A DNA stretch of 64,000 nt from a virus (lineage: Duplodnaviria; Caudoviricetes): IMG/VR virus record IMGVR_UViG_3300033273_000833, positions 139,068 to 203,067 of that record; one strand, 5' to 3'. The notes under the pieces were generated by a model. It searched no databases, was not told where the DNA came from, and saw nothing but the letters and a program-made list of their open reading frames with translations. A program made the translations under genes and the position numbers. This document shows positions 63,701 through 64,000 of this stretch, in pieces; position 1 is the first letter of the stretch, and each line of letters opens with the position of its first letter.

Positions 63701-64000
63701 TAATGATGTAACTACGTCTGGAGTAAGAGCTCATACGATTGGTATGGAGAACGTAGCCAACGCAGAAGATTCTGTGATGGTTGGTAGCGGTAACGAAAAC
63801 AACGCTGCCGATAGCATGACCGTAGGTTACGGAAACTTAAACGAAGATGACGCTGATGGCTCACATGTATTTGGCAGAAAGAATACTTCAGATTCTTTCA
63901 GAGCAACTACGGTTGGTAGTGGTAATTTTGTAAGCGGAGATTATGCGTCAACTGTTGGTTATGGTAATGATGTAACCACGGCTGGCGTAAGATCTCATAC
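60753..64000 (+). CDS. Long tail fibre: KISQL N-terminus, proprotein-convertase P-like domain, YadA-head-like beta-roll repeats (runs off the window; not in ORF track)
   Basis: Translated by hand, open from ATG 60753 to the end. IKLTSPEG...GVGTWKLSLIDECGDVIDGQLKRWWIKI is followed by many 14/16-aa GxxN repeats. Confidence 0.9.
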   Translation, partial: MAGNRKISQLSTYSGYVAPKDLFITATQTTPVRNKQISFYDGGPTGHNLISSIQKAGNFVSTTGDEQIHGDKYFRDDLDIRGNVVIHGEDHPGQHSEDALYVYGNIVNSGIDVLMYESDDNLCIDIPIGNSDLVDERGVSNSFNVDGHLGAYPPRVDDQSIFNYYPIEKVQVFFEIAEYKEDQFIRVWSGVNPITFETDPSVYKHKTAGLLDDTDGGIGFPQRGNDFKEKSNIDGLFIKLTSPEGTDSEVYNHFGGLDYQRDHTVFQNEQGVGTWKLSLIDECGDVIDGQLKRWWIKIHRRLGQTELGHNNDTTGIDAINIGQSNSNYAESGSIYGRENTNSGYNAFVVGDSNKHTAFARISNTFGRGNQVDTTGASTFGSGNFVTGEYSSTIGYGNDITISGVRAHTIGMENVANAEDSVMVGSGNENNAADSMTVGYGNLNEDDADGSHIFGRKNTSDSFRATTVGSGNFVSGNYASTVGYGNDVTTAGVRAHTIGMENVANAEDSVMVGSGNENNAADSMTVGYGNLNEDDADGSHVFGRKNTSDSFRATTVGSGNFVSGNYASTVGYGNDVTTAGVRTHTIGMENVANAEDSVMVGSGNENNAADSMTVGYGNLNKDNADGSHVFGRKNISNSFRATTIGSGNVNSGNHSMVAGYGNKNNSEDSIVVGYRNFVDISGDTSNVFGRSNEVYSPFSTAVGIDNIISGESGAAYGNLNTVTEKADNTLIFGIGNTGNAIDCVILGKENVINSANSVIGGYRNYTDSTAADITIFGRKNKVESATSVRTMGSGNRALADLSSTFGNANLADIEAKYGNIFGNFNTGDAEAAGIFGSGNKNYASHSYIFGNDNLNTVTAIRSNTIGEDNVNNGDRSIIVGSGNINSGTFSALFGYGNDSTILAERSHVFGIENISDAEDSTVIGSGNNNTASDSMTVGYGNFNEDEADGSHVFGRKNTSDSFRATTVGSGNFVSGNYASTVGYSNDVTTSGVRAHTIGMENVANAEDSVMVGSGNENNAADSMTVGYGNLNEDDADGSHVFGRKNTSDSFRATTVGSGNFVSGDYASTVGYGNDVTTAGVRSH
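61890..64000 (+). repeat. Near-identical 264-bp (88-aa) in-frame super-repeats
   Basis: GSGNFV anchor at 61890, 62154, 62418 and 62682 (diverged), then 63651 and 63915. Confidence 0.9.

Noticed and set aside
61890-64000. Diversity-generating retroelement TR/VR pair
   Set aside because: Differences between units are mostly synonymous third-position changes and not adenine-specific, all copies are in frame in one ORF, and no reverse transcriptase is in the window.

Overview
The window is a contiguous piece of a large tailed dsDNA phage genome (long non-contractile tail inferred). An aquatic habitat is likely (PhoH, 2OG oxygenases). A PVC/Verrucomicrobiota-type host is only a tentative inference. 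It has two parts. (1) About 0.6-13.4 kb is an early, host-takeover-like region of more than 35 tiny genes driven by about 20 near-consensus sigma70 promoters. It is punctuated by intrinsic terminators and a dispersed ~27-bp motif (GCAATTATMTGA-N3-TCAACRACTTA, at least 11 copies). It also has a perfectly phased GTGGG-N5 x4 box (MraZ-box-like) and three candidate structured RNAs. (2) From 13.5 kb to beyond 64 kb is a late region: PhoH, holin-like GAF protein, phage sigma factor, ERCC4 nuclease, terminase, portal, protease/scaffold, major capsid, neck proteins, several internally duplicated tail-tube paralogs, a 2940-aa tape measure, a 17x FN3 protein, two S74-chaperone fibres, gp38-like adhesins and a YadA-like beta-roll fibre running off the end. 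About 16 late genes on both strands are preceded by a GTGTAA/GTGTAT motif, often 8-9 nt upstream of the start codon. Many early start codons also lie 7-8 nt after the -10 box, implying widespread leaderless translation. No tRNA, rRNA, CRISPR array, integrase or reverse transcriptase was recognised. All family calls come from motif recognition by eye, not database searches.
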